Source: Thermoanaerobaculia bacterium (GTDB taxonomy: Bacteria > Acidobacteriota > Thermoanaerobaculia > UBA5066). From it: a stretch of DNA of 64,000 nt. Below the pieces are notes generated by a model that was not told where the DNA came from, made no database searches, and saw only the letters and a program-made list of their open reading frames with translations. Location: assembly GCA_963816185.1 (NCBI GenBank), contig CAWFJJ010000006.1, positions 1,326 to 65,325 of the forward strand. The letters run 5' to 3'. The position numbers were made by a program, and so were the translations under genes. Shown one piece after another: positions 62,964 through 64,000 of this stretch (its first letter is position 1; each line of letters starts with the position of its first letter).

Positions 62964-63368
62964 ATGAACAAGAGCGCAGATCGCTACACCATTAGTTTGC
63001 TTGGGCCATTTGGTCCAGCGAGGCTCGTGGGCAGTTTCTCCGGCACGTCCGGGATCTTCCCCACCCACCACATTCAAAAGGTCGCCGGCATAAACAAGGC
63101 GGGTGACGTCACGTTGAAGCGCGGAGTGGTCGATTCTTCGTGCTTGTGGAATTGGATTTCGCAAGTCAGGCAGTCGGGAGGCGCGAGCGAACACGACGTC
63201 ATTATCACGCGGCTGGTTACCGCCAACCGCCCGATCCAGGCGTGGAGGCTGCGCAACGCCAAGCCGACGAAGTACACAGGTCCGCCGCTGGGTGGAAAGA
63301 GTGGCAAGGTAGCTATGGAGGAACTCGTTCTGTCCGCAGAAGCGATCGAGATCGTGCCTCCGGGCTGA
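62964..63368 (+). CDS. phage-tail-tube-like protein (T4 gp19 / eCIS tube family, TIGR02241-like)
   Basis: 134-aa ORF. ..GDVTLKRGVVDSSCLWNWISQV...HDVIITRL...IQAWRLRNAKPTKYTGPPLGGKSGKVAMEELVLSAEAIEI follows the family pattern (nvtLkrGvxxdxxLwdW ... WxLxnawPxkxxGPxLxAxxxevAiEeLxLxhe). Confidence 0.65.
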   Translation: MNKSADRYTISLLGPFGPARLVGSFSGTSGIFPTHHIQKVAGINKAGDVTLKRGVVDSSCLWNWISQVRQSGGASEHDVIITRLVTANRPIQAWRLRNAKPTKYTGPPLGGKSGKVAMEELVLSAEAIEIVPPG

Positions 63369-63426
63369 AGCCGGAGATCGGCGACGCTCGTCCGCATCTC
63401 GAGGGCTTCGCGGCGCTGGGGGCTGG

Positions 63427-63593
63427 CCCCGGGGATTGACTTTTGCCGTGTCCGGCACCACGTTGAGACAAAGACGATGTTGAGGCGTTGACCTGCCGGG
63501 CCCTTCGTGGACACCTACGCCCGTCAGCGAGCCACTAGTGAAACCGGCAACGTCGCGATACCGGTTTTTTGCTTTCTCCGACGGCTTCGAGGG
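63427..63593 (+). other. conserved non-coding element, copy 2
   Basis: Near-identical to 49185..49349. The hairpin is AACCGG-N13-CCGGTT followed by TTTTGCTTTCT. Lies ~85 nt upstream of the CsbD-like gene. Confidence 0.5.
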
Positions 63594-63675
63594 TACCCGA
63601 GCCCGAAGTTGAAGCGACGTGTTTGCATGCAGGCGAGCGCAATCTTTGTAAACGTTTGTGGAAAGGAAAACCCCC

Positions 63676-63879
63676 ATGAAAAAGCAGGAAGTTCGCGGAA
63701 AAGTGAAGAAGGTCAAGGGGAAGGCTAAGGAGACCGTCGGGATCCTCACCGGCAACAAGAAGATGGAAGGTGAGGGGTCCCTTCAGCGCGCCGCGGGCGC
63801 GGTCCAGGAGGGGTTCGGCAGGGCTGGCCGCATGGTCGGCGATGCCGTGACCAGTCTCGGCAACGTTTTCAAGAAGTAG
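63676..63879 (+). CDS. CsbD-family general-stress protein
   Basis: 67 codons from ATG 63676 (AAAGGAAAA upstream), inside ORF 63658..63879. KGKAKETVGILTGNKKMEGEG matches the CsbD repeat. Confidence 0.75.
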   Translation: MKKQEVRGKVKKVKGKAKETVGILTGNKKMEGEGSLQRAAGAVQEGFGRAGRMVGDAVTSLGNVFKK

Positions 63880-64000
63880 CGGACTACGACAGGCGAAAGC
63901 CCGAGTCTCGCCAAGGCCGTCACGCCGTTCCTCGACACCCCAATGCCGGGAGGCAGGTGAGGCGGACAGATTGAACGGACCGCGCTGATCTGAATGCATC

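Noticed and set aside
1-64000. Search for rRNA, tRNA, transposase/integrase, toxin-antitoxin pairs or known defence-system genes
   Set aside because: I could recognise none by eye. tRNAscan or Infernal and defence-system HMM tools should be run to confirm their absence.

Overview
High-GC bacterial chromosomal window. Ser/Thr-kinase::TolB-propeller fusions, DUF3300, many secreted peptidases and several sigma-54 promoters suggest an Acidobacteriota-like organism, but that is inference only. About 50 protein genes are supportable. I found no rRNA, tRNA, CRISPR array, transposase or integrase.

The main feature is a ~15 kb locus (6.1-21.1 kb). It contains:
- an accessory ORF;
- an exporter built as 2x cNMP-binding domain::C39 peptidase::ABC;
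- an HlyD adaptor whose frame is broken at a G6 run;
- a sensor-less sigma-54 enhancer-binding protein;
- a canonical -24/-12 promoter;
- an ~8.5 kb array of 15 intact and 2 decayed small genes (41-62 codons). They share a Lys-rich leader (MKKTTKK..SKASHKKAVKDLEVKPAKGGTVRGG) and have hypervariable C-termini of 6-28 residues.

Interleaved in the array are:
- two Cys-rich ~380-aa paralogues, ~88 % identical by my manual count, with YkgJ/FliB-like motifs;
- a TPR::GT41 (OGT/SPINDLY-like) glycosyltransferase and the remnant of a second copy;
- six copies of a ~225-nt element that carries a conserved Arg-rich ORF with its own ...RDLVPRNDPKGG motif.

No classical RiPP maturase (LanB/C/M, YcaO, radical SAM, ATP-grasp, B1 PqqD-like) is visible. 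I read the locus as a candidate undescribed double-glycine peptide system of the RiPP, pheromone or bacteriocin type.

Other points:
- a LodA-like/LodB-like pair at the left edge;
- two more canonical sigma-54 promoters;
- a DUF202-type protein with ~23 consecutive xRTxLAx heptads;
- a ~165-nt conserved non-coding element present twice (49.2 kb and 63.4 kb), with a terminator-like hairpin;
- a lipoxygenase gene broken by four 1-nt frameshifts;
- an orphan phage-tail-tube-like gene;
- a lower-GC patch at 45.9-47.5 kb.

Seven or more single-nucleotide frame disruptions occur in otherwise good genes, so assembly indel error versus real decay has to be resolved. All family assignments come from motif recognition by eye; no database search was run.
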